A stretch of 62,353 nt of DNA, the filler included, from Choristocarpus tenellus KU-1152 (lineage: Eukaryota; Protista; Phaeophyceae): assembly GCA_964200185.2 (NCBI GenBank). It is 10 parts of 10 records of this genome, joined end to end, with 100 filler letters (N's around TTAATTAATTAA, not from the genome) between each part and the next. Parts side by side here need not be neighbours in the genome. Positions count along the whole stretch, not along the records: positions 1 to 3,536 come from CAXNAD020019393.1; positions 3,637 to 8,018 come from CAXNAD020014811.1; positions 8,119 to 13,640 come from CAXNAD020010538.1; 7 more parts are not named here. One strand, 5' to 3'. The position numbers were made by a program, and so were the translations under genes. Positions within the stretch are counted from its first letter, which is position 1; the number at the start of each line of letters is the position of its first letter. Shown here in pieces: positions 1 through 12,702 of the stretch. The notes beneath the pieces are model-generated. The model saw nothing but the letters and a program-made list of their open reading frames with translations, ran no database searches and was not told the origin of the DNA.

Positions 1-5
1 CAGGG

Positions 6-36
<31 letters not shown>

Positions 37-190
37 TCTACACCAGGGTGTCCATTTTGGGCGATGACCAGGAAAAATGCACTTACATTATCCATCCGAC
101 GATTGCAACTAAATTACACAAAAAATCGCGACATGAAAAAATTGACCCCAAATGGGCAGCCGCCACCCCACCTGAGATACTTTGAGCCGG
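1..190 (-). repeat. Copy of a G/C-tract-flanked MITE-like dispersed repeat (family A)
   Basis: Reverse complement of the core GGGGTCAATTTTTTCATGTCG..TTGGTTGCA..GTCGGATGGATAAT..AAATGCAC seen at 2575-2910, 36715-36890, 37255-37420 and 62310-62353; ends in GAGATACTTTGAGCC. Confidence 0.75.
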
Positions 191-779
191 TGTTCAATTC
201 TGACAACGTAATCGGGTGAAAGCTTATGACTTGAGCTCCAAGTCAGTGAAACGCTTGACGCCTATCTCTAAATATTCAACTGTTAGTGTCCACATGAAAA
301 TTGGGGGACCTTTTTGCTAATCCTGATGATTCTCTGATTTTTAGGGGTTGCACAAGGACAGTGAGGAAGACCACACTTGATTCTGAGAGAGGAGGACTAA
401 ACGCATAAACCTGTCCAGAGCGGTTTTTGAGACTCAAAACCGATGTTGAGCTATTTATGTCCCTAGGAAGGTGTCTCTGGAGTTAGGACCTCAAATCAAC
501 TTCATGAGATCCGGCTTGCCCCCACGTTTCCAATCATGTTTGTTGTCTAGCTCCAAAAATTCCAGAAAAAATTGAAGTCCTTAAATTACTACTTCTCTCC
601 GTAATATTTATTATAAACAAACATTTTTGAGGAGGTGATTGGCCTAGAATGTGGTTTCTTAGGAGTGAATGAGACACAGGAGTACGTAGTAGAATCATTT
701 TTAGACAGCATTGTCCCGACGTGTCCGTATGAGAGTGTGCAATTCTCTTGACATGTGAAGTCCTTCTAGACCAAGCGTA

Positions 780-1090
780 AAGGAATGACGGTGAGTTAAG
801 GCGCAAGGATCAAACACACAAGAGGATTTTGAAAGGAACACTTAGGTGAGAAAGAAATGTCATCTTCAACAAACCCTCCAGAGAGACACTGATAAGGACC
901 CAGTATCACAAAATGGAGCGCAGACCACACACTCCCACTTCGGTCCCTCTGGTTTCGTTGATCAGACTGTGGATCCCCCTGCCCCAACCGCCAACGTTTG
1001 GCACACGTTGGAAGGTCTTTTCCCCATGGGGTCATATATACCTTGAACGAAACCATTACGTTGTACATTCTGAGTGGCAGGAAGTAGGTT
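780..1090. repeat. Dispersed repeat family B (also ~20770-21075; inverted fragment at 2939-2980)
   Basis: Shared motifs by eye, e.g. AATGGAG(C/T)GCA.A.CACAC..TCCCAC and CATATA.ACCTTGAACGA...TGAGTGGCA.GAA; 2939-2980 is the reverse complement of 914-953. Confidence 0.6.
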
Positions 1091-2574
1091 ACAAACGTAA
1101 TTTTTGTTGGTACGATTGTCTAACTGTCCCACTTTCTAATAGTTTTAGAGAGTGTTGCTTTGAGTGGGGATCTCGACGTCCCATTCCATCACCAACATCA
1201 TGCGCACACACAAATTTTGGACGAAATCTCCACGTCGTACATTTTGAGTTGCAGGAAATAGGTCACACGTTAGTCTCTTGTAGGGACGATCGACTGTCCA
1301 CAAATCTCACCTTCTAGCACCTAAGGAATACTCGTCTTAATGGGAACAATTAGTGCGAACAGAGGGGCAGGCACCACCGGTCTGCTAATAAATATTCTTC
1401 ACTGAGTGTACCGAGTGCAAACCCAGGCAATTATCCCCCAGTACGGCCCTGCGCAGTACCTTTCACTACGTGGAAGGTAGAGGGAAGGACTCACGAACTA
1501 CCCTTCTGGGATTTGAACTTGTCCAACGGATTTTGTTATTGTACTTGTCTCATACAACAGGAGAAATAAATAGTAAATCACGAAACAAAGACAAAGAATA
1601 AAGTCCTAGAATACTTCTTTTTATCTCTCCAAAAAAGAAAGGGTATTCTTGTATTCTTTTACTCATGTTTCTGTACCATTTATTGCAATAAAGGTTCTCT
1701 CCGCAATGAAGCTTCTGTCCGCAATAAAGCTTCGCTCCGAGACGTACTTACTCTCCAAAAAAAAGTTCCTTCCGCTTTCCAACCAAACTGTAATATGTAA
1801 GGTGGTAGTAATAACTTTCAGTAAGAAAAAATATCCTCCAACGCAAACAAACACCCCAAACACACACCACCTTCCAACCACAATCCAGTTCTTAACTATT
1901 ACAAAAACTCTTCTCACCCCTTTCATATATAGGAAGATGTGTTAATAGTAGTACAGTAATAACTACCACACACACCTACCACGAAAGTTGACAATCTAAT
2001 ATCACCCAATCAAGTCGAAAAAGTCAAACAGAACCAAACGATATAGTAGTAATACCAGACCCTTGTGATAATTGTGATATAAATAGTGTATGTTCTTATA
2101 CTACTTCATGTTTTGCGGGGTGTTTAGGATGGGGGTTAGGGTTAGTGTTAGGGTATTATGCGTATGTAGTACTTGTGGGTATATATGGGGGTCTGGATAT
2201 TACCACCACCTCATCACTGGGGCCCTTCGTTTCAACCTGCCCATTCAAATGGTCTACGTTCAAGTACAATCAGCTATCCTCTTAACCCCTTCACACCTAC
2301 CTGTTTCGTGTTTATCTCTGGCTCTGTGAATCATTGGAGATGACAAACTCACTTCTTCTATTATGTGGTGGGGTGGGCTACCCATTTTTAGCTTTTTTGT
2401 GTTTAATCAACACCATCCTGAACAACAGTTGTGATGATATACACTCACTAGAAGTATATCCTCCCACAGGACAAATCAAAGTGGTGGTGTAGTCACCAAC
2501 GGGTTCCTCATGAAGAGTATAGTAGGCCCTGTTGGGCACGTAAATGCAGCAATCTGTCTAACACAACCCTCCTA

Positions 2575-2910
2575 GTGGCTCGAAGCATCTGGGGGGGATG
2601 GCGGCTATCCGTTAGGGGTCAAATTTTTCATGTCGCGATTTTTGTGTGACTTGGTTGCATACGTCGGATGGATAATAATGTAAATTCACTTTTTTCCTAA
2701 TTTGATCCAAATGAACACCCTGGTATAGATCCCCCCCCCCCCCCCCCCCCCCCCCACCCCCCCCCCCCCGCCCCCGCCCCCCACACCCCACCACCNNNNN
2801 NNNNNGCTTTAAGAAAATAATATTTTATATTCTTTCTTTTTTTTATCAAACACAAACCCCCGCTGATGTCCCCCCCCCCCCCCCCCCCCCCCCAGATACT
2901 TTGGGTCAGT
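2575..2910 (+). repeat. MITE-like family A copy
   Basis: Starts GCTCGAAGCATCTGGGGGGG and ends CCCCAGATACTTTGGGTC (inverted termini); same internal core as 36715-36890. Confidence 0.7.
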
Positions 2911-3536
2911 CGCGGAACCCAAACTCTAAACAACATATAACCAGAGGGACCAAGGTGGGAGTGTGGTCTGCACTCCATTGGTGTTGCTATGTGTCAATAT
3001 GTGTGCCTCACTCAAACGAACGTGTGGTGTTTATGCTCTATTTTTCCCTCCGGGGTGTATCTTTTGCAAAGAAGGCCCATCCTCTGACGTGCTTCATCAT
3101 TCACCAACCTCATGTTGCAAACATCTCTTTACGCTTTGTCTACAGAATTACAGCTCTCTAGAATATATCATGCACTCAGATAGAAAAATATCATTGCGAC
3201 CACGGATGGTGTTGAGTAAGAATACTATTAAGTACACCAAATTGTCTACACTGTGCCTCATGTGCAACAACCTCTATCATGGGGTACTCACTGCCAATCT
3301 TCCGTGACAAGGATTGTGTACTCCAGGCCTCTCACATGTGCAACCTGTACATGGGTTGCTGGGTGGCTGTGCCAAGAGGAAAGGGAGGTCAGGGGGAGCT
3401 CAACTGGGTAGTAGGCACTCACTGTGTTCCAGCATAGTCCCAGGAGGACACAAACGGGGGGGGGGGGGGGGGGATGTTTAAACTGGGGGGGGGGGTGGGT
3501 GGTGGGGGGGGGGGGGAGGGGGAAATTGTGATGTTT

Positions 3537-3636
3537 NNNNNNNNNNNNNNNNNNNNNNNNNNNNNNNNNNNNNNNNNNNNTTAATTAATTAANNNNNNNN
3601 NNNNNNNNNNNNNNNNNNNNNNNNNNNNNNNNNNNN
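3537..3636. other. Artificial scaffold linker (N-TTAATTAATTAA-N, ~100 nt); also at ~8019, 13641, 17549, 22447, 31535, 34584, 37427, 40034
   Basis: The same 12-mer, with stop codons in all six frames, is embedded in each N run. Confidence 0.95.
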
Positions 3637-4734
3637 CTATGTATAATATAAAAACAACTTTTTTGTTTTTAGCCTAAAGGGGGCCCCTGGCGTCGCCCCC
3701 CCCCCCCCCCCCCCACAGATACTTTGGGCCAGTTTGTGTGTGGAAAGGGTAAATATCAATTTTGCATTAACGTCTGTACTTATTAAGCCCTGAAATAGAG
3801 TGTATTACACGTGGTAAAAAATCTAGCTTTCGAAAGGGTCTAAAGCCGCGCACCTAATTGGTTTGGCTCATCTGAGGTGAGGTATTACCCATCATAAGTT
3901 AAAGAGAGAGGGCGAAGAAAATGTTGACTGATATGTTTATTATTATTATTATTATTGCAAAGAAGGAGGAATGTTTATTATATTTTTTTGAGCAAGTCAT
4001 TATTACTATTATTGCCTCCCCCTCCCAAATATGTTTATAAATATGTTCCAAGTGGGAAAGAACATACACCCTGAGACTCCCAGTGAATGAGGAATGGCTA
4101 AAAGACAGCTTGCAAGTTTGGCTAAGTTCAGAAAAAAATGAATCCCCCTCCCTTCCCACCGCTCAGAATTGTCATTGAAGCCGCTTCTCTCTTCCCCCAC
4201 TACTTAGAGGTGTGGCACTGTCTTCAAGGAGTCAACTTCCAGTCGTGATGACCAGTCCATGCACACTCTCTTCAGTCATAGGTGCAATTCTACCAGAACG
4301 TTCAGGGAAAGATCTTGTGGAGTCATTAAGCCTCTTTGTTGGACAGGGCTACAACCCCTTAGTTGTAGTAGACTACTTTTTCCAGGGTAGGTTGATAAGG
4401 AAATCCTCTTCTTTACTTTGAATCTACTTGTGGATGAGTAAAAAGATGCTTTGAGTGGGCTGCTCTCTCCCATCTTGACACATAGTATGATCTTGTTGTC
4501 CTCTCCATAGGGATGGTGCCCAATGTCTATTCATAGGTGGATGTTCATGGTTTGAACATTTGTGCTGCGAGTATTGCTCAAGTTATTGGGAGCAATGTGT
4601 TCGTGATGTCTCGATCCTCAACTTTTTTGTGTTCGTACAGGTACTCTGTTATTGGTTATTGTGGTGGCTCCAGGATATCTAGCTGTAACTGTCGTGACCC
4701 AAGTAAACGAGGGGAACCCGTGCATTTAGAGCCA

Positions 4735-4885
4735 AATTCTATGAATGAAGTGACAAGTTTGACTTGAGAGTGTTGATTTCACTATTGTTCGGGCCTTTTT
4801 TGACGGAATTCAGAAAACGACAAATAGCCGAATTTTGCACCTATTTGTCACCATACTTCTTCAATATGCAACCATGGGTACCTCT
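4735..4885 (+). repeat. Dispersed repeat family C (also 32665-32815 on +; ~28770-29000 and ~29455-29690 on -)
   Basis: Shared ATGAAGTG..AAGTTTGACTTGAGAG.GTTG.TTTC...TTTTTGAC.GAATTCA...TGCACCTA..TGTCA...AACC.TGGGTACCTCT. Confidence 0.65.
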
Positions 4886-6199
4886 CCCTTTATCTCATTA
4901 TTCGATTCCTCGGTATATGAGATACAACTTATATATAGAGAAAATCAGATTCGGAAGGAGTCCATCCTTTTTTTCAGGACTAATTACTTTTCTGTATTAG
5001 ACTCCTCATGTTCTTACTAGACTCTTCATAAGTACAGTGTATTCGATGATCAGAACTCTAAACACACTTCCGCTACTCAGAAGGAGTCCTTTGCTTCTTC
5101 ACGACAAATACTCGACGAAAGCTCTGGTGTGGACGTGTCGACTGGTGAAATACATCAATTACACATCGACCTCCAATGCTCCCTACCCAATGTCCTCAAC
5201 AACCTGTCATTCTCAAACTTCGTGGCTTACTCTCAACCTCTAAACAGTCCCTGCTCAAAGCTCACGCTTCTCCTCACTCACGACCAATCAAGTTAGTCCC
5301 CAGGCGTACCAAAAGGCAACTCAGGGCGTCCCTACATTTTCATCGTCTTATCCTCGCTTCTCACTACCTCTATCTTCTACGTGCTGTAGATGCACCTTTG
5401 GCTTATTCTATCTACCCAGACCTTGTCACCCCATATTCGGAAGTCTTGTATCGTGTCATCACGTCACCATCCTTGTTGGAGTGGAAGTGATATGCTCCAT
5501 ACGCTTTCAGGTCACGTTAGTTACCCCCTACGGTTCTTACTTGTCGAACATCACGCCCCCCTATCTTGCCTGTCTTCCCTTAACCCTCGCCTTCCTCCCG
5601 AAAGTAGCCGGACAAGAAAAACCGCTACACACCAGTAGCACGATGCGCTTTACTCGATTCATCGCAGCTGTCTTCTCCGCAGGAAGATGTTTAATCCCAT
5701 TGCTTCTATTTTAACTACTAAACAAGTCCCCCAGCCTAGACGATCGTCTCTACTGGCGTCACAGCAGTCAGCGAAGGGAAAATTTGGCGAGTCTAGTCCT
5801 TCTACGTTCCTGGGAATTTATTTTTGAAGAGCCTGCCGCAGGTAAGGTCTCAGGGAGTAGTATTGATCCACCGGCACACTCATCCACAAATCCTTTCCCT
5901 ATTGTAGTCGCTCAACTATTGATGTTCTTAGTGCCCCATGAGCCAAGAACGGTAAGACCATTTCTGTCTCCCTGAGCAGATCTTGTACAGGTTCCCTGCT
6001 CTTCCCTGACCCTGTCCCCCTCAATGGTTTCCTTGTGCCCCAAGAGTGCTGTGCTGGTGCCTATCTATGTCAAGAACCCAAGCACCGCCATTTCCCTGTC
6101 AGGGGTAAAACCTTCCAGGAGAAACAAGCTTAAAGATCTTGAATATGAAACGCTGTCAAAAGTCTCAAGGGTGGTGGGTACAAGGCACAGCAAGATCTT

Positions 6200-6437
6200 C
6201 TCTTGCTTTCTTTTCAAAACTGTCATCATACGCCTCGAGGATGGTGGTAAGGGCCCTACCACTCAGAAGCAAGTGCGCACCTTCACCTGCATTTTTTCTC
6301 CAGACTGTCTTGTTTTCGAGCAGGTCTAGCATATTTTGGATAAGAAATGCAGGTGAAGGTACGCATTTGCTCCTGCGCGGTAGGGTCCCTACCACCATCC
6401 TTGAGACGTATCATGACGGTTTCGGAGAAGAAAGAGG
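6200..6437. repeat. Imperfect ~95-bp inverted repeat (foldback)
   Basis: Arm 6200-6296 (..GAGGATGGTGGTAAGGGCCCTACC..CACCTTCACCTGCATTT) versus arm 6343-6437 (AAATGCAGGTGAAGGTAC..GGTAGGGTCCCTACCACCATCCT..); a third diverged copy lies at ~6510-6570. Confidence 0.75.
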
Positions 6438-8118
6438 AAATGATGGGACTTGGATGCTTGATGTAGTTGCCAAAACAGTACTCTTGTGGATCGAAAACAG
6501 GAGTAGTTGTCTGGGAAGTGAAGGTATGTACTTGCTCCTGAGAGGTGGGACCTTTTTCTACCATGTTCAGGGTAATTGTTGACAGTGATTCTTGATACAC
6601 AGGAAACGATCTTGCTACACTTTCACCACCCTTGAAGCCCTTGAAGACAGTTCTTGATATGCAAGAGACGAGCTTATGGAGATGGAGCACCATGTCTGGA
6701 ATGCCATTGTGACCTTAGAGCATGTATACCAACCTTGAACTATACTGGTTTGTAAATACTCAGTGTGGTTAAATCAATTATCACAGCATGGACTAATCCA
6801 TGATCGCCCTGGCAACAATGTAAGGTACTTACTAATAGTACAGAATTCTGTGTGTAGATGGTGTATGTTTTAAGTCACCAGCATGTACTAGTTTGAGACC
6901 TATCAACGCAGTAGTATTCGGACTCCCATACCTGGCCCCCCTCCAGTGGGAAAAAGGCACACGATCACTTCAACGCATCTGCAATATATGTGATTGAACT
7001 GATGCTTAACTTTAGTGCACTCAAGGGAAGACTTCATAGGTCCATTAGTACTCATTATGTAGTATATGTATACTACATAATGAGTACATGGGAGAGGTCT
7101 AACAGTAGTGTTCCTTGGTGTGTGTTTGTGTGTCTCCAGTTGCATTTTGCTTGAGGACTTACCTCTACAGTATGTGTTTCCAGGTTACAGGAGTTCCTAC
7201 AAACTAATTCGGTATCTCTTTAATAAATCGATTTGACAAATATTCAAGTCCTTTAGCCTGCTGAGCACACAATAAAAATAATAAGAAGACACACACACTT
7301 TTGGCACATACAATCTGGACTTCTACCACACCACTAGCATTGATATTATATCCCATGAGGAGGATAGGTCACTATGTGTGACGGGTTTTGCTGTGTAGTG
7401 CGTAAAATTCGAAGGCGATTCATTCAAATTGTCTCTCTGCCTATATAGGTGAGATGACAAAAGAGAGCACTGAAGAGTTGAAGTAAAAAAATATGAAAGA
7501 CATGCTTCTTGCCCTTCCCATCTGTTGAAGTATCACTGGCAGTTTAACACTGGAATGTTGTGTTACATGGTAGAGTGAACTATTGCAACGTGGTGGGGCA
7601 AGTCAACACCTTACAGCACCTTGTAAAAATAAGTACTTACTGTCCATCCTGTCATATACTAGAATAGTCCCAGGGTTACCAACCAATAACCTTTGTACTC
7701 TTGACTTGGCAAGCACACACACTATTGGTGTTCTCCGATACAATTGGAGGAGTCAACAAAAAAAAAGATTGCATAGACACACACACACACACACATGAAG
7801 TGTAACACATAGATAGTGAGAGAGAAATAGGTCAAATCATCAACAGGTCAAGATGACATCTTCTGCCCTGACAAGTCCTTGTTGCTGATATTGGTTAGGA
7901 CATTTGGGAAAGCGGAAGACTCATCATCACTTTACGTAGGGAACGACTGGAACAATGAGTACGTTGAAGTTGTGAGCAACACACAATCAAGGTCGAGCAT
8001 AAAGTCTGCTCCCCCCCCNNNNNNNNNNNNNNNNNNNNNNNNNNNNNNNNNNNNNNNNNNNNTTAATTAATTAANNNNNNNNNNNNNNNNNNNNNNNNNN
8101 NNNNNNNNNNNNNNNNNN

Positions 8119-10576
8119 ATCGAGCTTGGCTCGGGGCAAGTCAGGGGTGAAGCTGACCTGGGGGGGGGGGGGGGGAATTTTGGACAGTAATATTGATATA
8201 CTTCATTTAAGGATCACCCCCTGGCTACTATGAGGGTACGTTTTGACGGAGAGACACTAACCGTGTAAGGCAAAAAAAGGGCTGCGAGAAGATGCAAGAT
8301 GGGCAGAGGCGGTAACTATCGTGAGACAGAGAGGAGGGTAAAATGAACCCTTGAAAACACACCAGACGATTCTTGAGGACTCCCAGTGGCAAGGTAACGA
8401 TGACGTAGTCCGCCCTCATCGAGGATGTCTTCTGTCCCGTGACTACCGTCACATCAACTCGAGCTCGGTGTTCGTCCATGTGAATGGCCTTGACCTCTGT
8501 GTTAAGCCGAATGTCAAGGGTCTCCGCAACCGCCACTGACAGCGAAGCGTACCCCTCCTTTATCATGACATGCTCGCCATCGAAATCATAAACGTCGTCT
8601 TGATTCCAGTGCAGGTGCGATAGTTCTTGCAGGTCCTGGGAAAGCGGGGAAAAAAAAGAGAAGCGAAGAGCATCAACAACAGTGCAGCTTGATGCCCTGT
8701 GATTCATCCAGCCACAGTCGATCGACGCTTCCAGTATCATGCAGCAGGGGATACGTTTCTCGATATATATATATATATATATGTATATATGAGAAATGTC
8801 AAAAGGTAACGATGTCACAAAGAAAGTCCTGACCAAGGCCAAGGATGTGGATGAACAATTCCAAACTCTTTGAGTAGTAGAATTTCAATTTCACATGTGG
8901 AAGGAAATCTGTTCAGGTATTCACAGTGTCGTACATTTCTGCATAAACTGCTCTTGAGAGCAAACTCTTCTCTTTTGCACGTCTAATGTCAACGATGTAA
9001 CTATTCCTTCGAGACGAGAACCGCTGAAGTGGTGTTCTTTCCCTTCAAAACTTTCCCTTAATTTCTTAATCTGAAGATTAATAGTTGCATGCTCTTACTG
9101 CCTGACCAAAATGTGGTGGGAAACTCTCGAGGACTCTGGGGCACTCCAAAAGATGATAGTATAACAGGCAGGACTTCAAGACTTCAGTTCTCTGTGAGGG
9201 AAGCTGAAGCGCTCTGTAGCGCTAATGTGGGGGACTGCGGCATTTCGAGGCACAATGGAGCCATAACTAGAAAAAACCATATGCTTCAACATAAGTCAGA
9301 CTACCAATATTGTATTCAGGGCTGAGATCATGTTTCTCTGCGCAAGACAAATTCCATATTGTTCGACTTCAAGAACAAAGCACCTCTTGAGGAAAAGAGG
9401 GATCTGATCAAAATAGGTCAAATGGGCCACCCATATCATTTATTCTCCAGAGATAGACATATATATATATATACATGTCGTAAACCATAGGTTTACATAC
9501 GAGATCATCAAATGGGAGGCAAAATAGTCGGCTTGGACTCGAGGTCAAACTGGATTGTTCAACACACAAGTAGAATAATTATGTACTTTCCAACTTCCAC
9601 CCTGATGCCTAGCTATGCCCATCTCATCTTACCGCAGCACAGGAGAGCTCAAGGTTTCCTCGATGCCATTCCCAAATATTGCGCTCCTCTCGAGAAAACC
9701 CATCCAAGTGTCCTTGCGCAACTTCCTGCAGAACTTGACCCAGGCTTACTTCCTCAGCTGACTTCTGGGGAAGAAGATGTTCCTTTCTCCGTCCATGTTG
9801 CCTTCTACTCCCCCCTCCTCTTCCACTCCATCCTTCTATATCCCTCACCCTCCTATGTTCCGTAGTTTTGCCCTCGGTGCCGTTTGCTTCCACACCTTCG
9901 TTGCCAGCAGCGGCGGTCTCGCCCCCCTCGGTCCCATTCGTTCCCCCCAATCCATGCCAAGCACACTTATCTAGCACACTATTCCATAGCTTCTGTATGC
10001 GATTGTCTAGAGTCTCCTCTAGTTTTTCCTCGCCAGTGGCAAGTCGACAATTGTCCATAGGGATCAGTGTTAGCCCCAGATCGTCAGCTAGTGCAGCGAC
10101 TGGGTTGTCATCGACTCCATGGATAAATGCCTACAGTGTTCGAACCGGGTTATGTTATCAGGCAAGACAGCAGGGAGAAGCTTGAGATCGAAAAGTTCAA
10201 GCCTCTCTGAAGGGGCCCGCATTTTCGAGTTGAAGGACGTTCAAAAGTGCAACTGAACGCAATTGAAAGGGGAAGCTATACCACCGAAACAAATGACGTA
10301 GTCTCACACATCCATCGCAATTTAATCATGACCAATTCGTGTTCTCACCGCCCCCATATCCACAGGTACGCCCCCGAGTAGGCTGGTGTGTATTCGACCT
10401 CCAACACGGTCTCTAACCTCGACAACGACCACTTCGTAGCCTTTATTAGCCAGCTCTCTTGCAGCACTTAAGCCAGCTAGCCCAGCGCCTACCACTAGCA
10501 CACGCTCTCCCGCTGGTTTCATGGCAAAGATACGGTTCGACTCACTCGAACTAGGAACAATTGGTCCACTCCCCAT
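8119..10576 (-). CDS. LSD1/KDM1-like FAD-dependent amine oxidase (lysine-specific histone demethylase family); 3' end lost in gap, 5' end uncertain
   Basis: Exons 10576-10349, 10130-9633, 8635-8363 and 8157-8119(gap) join in phase 0 with GT/AG. Motifs: FAD fold [33 protein letters not shown]|AFIHG, LSD1-like [12 protein letters not shown]|[41 protein letters not shown]. Confidence 0.88.
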
Positions 10577-10695
10577 GTCAACTCTGGACTAGAAAAGGGT
10601 AAGGGTTTCCATAGATGGAAGGATCTATTGTTTCGCTCTGGGCTGTTCTGAGCTCCATCATCTGTGAGACTAACAAGATGTCACAGATTATAAGG

Positions 10696-12614
10696 ATGAA
10701 GTGGTCGTACCTTCAATTCACCCTGTTGACTACGAGGACTCTGGCCTTTAGGCAGCGACCACATCTACCTTTCACATTCGGCCGCGATATTGGTGGCATT
10801 GCATTTTGTGATGCTGGAGAAAGAAGTGAGGATGTGTCAAGGCATCGACACCATACCAGTCGTGGCACTAACTGCCTGAGTGCTAACAAGGAACCAGGAA
10901 TTGATGCGTTAGATATTAACTGCGCTGGATTATCCGGTGGGGATGCTAAGTTCGAGGTTTTGAGCGCAAGAAATGCTTATTCCGGATGGAGGAACATCGT
11001 CAAAAAGGACATTCGGATGCCTTCTGGGAACATTGCCACGTTCGATGTTGTTGACCAGGTAGGGTTTGTTTTTTTTACCAGGTACTGCTTTATGCTTAGT
11101 GTGAAATGTGCTAACCATTTTGAAACCTATTGGTGTGCTTCCTCATCCCTAGATTATGATGCGTTGTTGTGTATGTGGAATCGATTAACGCTCAACAACA
11201 TATCGAATCTTTGGGATGGATTCCAGAGCTTTCCACGATATTCTTGTGTACCTGTTGCGGTATAAGCGCTTAGTAGCAGATCACAGTCTAAGCCTCTTAC
11301 CTTGTGGCAGGTGCAAAAGTCAGACTCCTAACATATAATCTCGGTCAATGCGATGGACACTTAGTGTTGCTTCCTCAATGACTTCTGATGGACCATCAAA
11401 CGCCCCTCCTAACTTCTGCTACTTCCAGGCTGAACCATCCGTTGCAGTGTTTGTGTGGCATACAAGATCCAAGACTCTGACTCTTATTAAGGAATACGCC
11501 CCCGGACGAGAGTCCATGATGCATGGTGTTGTGGCGGGTATGTACGAGGTTAAAAAACATGCTGGTCCACTTGAAGCAGCGAAGTTCGAGGTACGAAATG
11601 AAGCATGATCTATTGCCTCCTTCTTGACAATTATTTTAGTGATAAAACAATTGATAATACTTGCATTACGGGAGGCTGTATTGGGTTCATTTCTCTTGTG
11701 GCTCATCCCTAAAACCCTCGCGATGACCCCCAAATCTTTGTCAAGCTATAATATCTAAAGGTACCTGCATTAATTTTCATATTCACAGATGGAGCATGAA
11801 CAATTTCTTGACACCACCTTCGAACACTGTTGCTTAGCCATGTAGGTCCAAAACCACACTTTGTAATGCATGAGCTGTCATGGTAACCCTGAGTATGTGG
11901 TAGTATCCAATCTCAAATGCCAAATACACTACTCCGAAACATTTTGTTTTTCAATACCAAATGCCTGGAGAGTTTTATAAGCATATGCAGTTGTATTTCA
12001 TGCCTTGATACCCTCTTTGTCCTTTCACCACTTCATGGAGTCTAGTCCCCTGGACCTCATCAGCAGGCGGTGGTTATTCATTGGAAGGCATGCTTCGGGT
12101 TTTGTCTTTTCCAGGAGGTACAACGTTGTTTCAGAAGGCGCATAACCCTTTGGTAGATAGCATATACTGACTCCATTATTGTACCTTCCCCTTCATCAAC
12201 TTGAAGAATCTACTTACATCAAAACCATATCTGTACTCCCGATGGGACAGACACCTCATCATCGGACTCAAAACCCATACATACGCTACATCCTTTGCAT
12301 TTGCTACTGCTCAGCTGGAGGAGGAAGCGCACCTGACAGGGGGAACGTGGCACTCCCTGACGGAGAGCTTGAAAACAACCGTTTCAGCTGACAAGTACTC
12401 TACGAACGAGTTTTTTTGTTGGCTTTGTGTGGACCCAGAAGTCACAACCACTCCCCGGCCCCTGGATGCCGAAGAGTTCATTGAGATTGAGAGAGGAATC
12501 GCCTTGTCCGAGGCCATGGGGATGATTGTGAGAGGGGAGATGTCGGTAGTGTCCGGATTTGTCACAATGCTCGCGATGGAAAAGCTGCAGAACCTTGGGC
12601 TACTGGCCAGGTAA
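10696..12614 (+). CDS. Nudix hydrolase (ADP-ribose pyrophosphatase-like), ~274 aa, possible plastid presequence
   Basis: Exons 10696-11058, 11429-11590 and 12315-12614, all phase 0 with GT/AG. Spliced Nudix box AGMYEVKKHAGPLEAAKFE|LEEEAHL; also AYSGWRNIVKKDIRMPSG and PRPLDAEEFIEI, typical of NudF-like proteins. Confidence 0.88.
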
Positions 12615-12675
12615 AGAATCAACAGCTGACCCCAAAGTAGATCTTTTTGAGGAGCATATCGCAATTTTGGTTTAT

Positions 12676-12702
12676 GGGTTAGGGTTAGGGTTAGGGTTAG
12701 GG
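12676..12702 (+). repeat. Interstitial telomere-like (TTAGGG)4; further short arrays at ~13941-13958 (-), 14021-14049 (-), 16324-16346, 16762-16782, 17514-17533
   Basis: Direct reading of TTAGGG/CCCTAA arrays. Confidence 0.85.

Noticed and set aside
3581-3592. Recurrent TTAATTAATTAA motif inside N runs
   Set aside because: Artificial six-frame-stop linker inserted during scaffolding, not biological.
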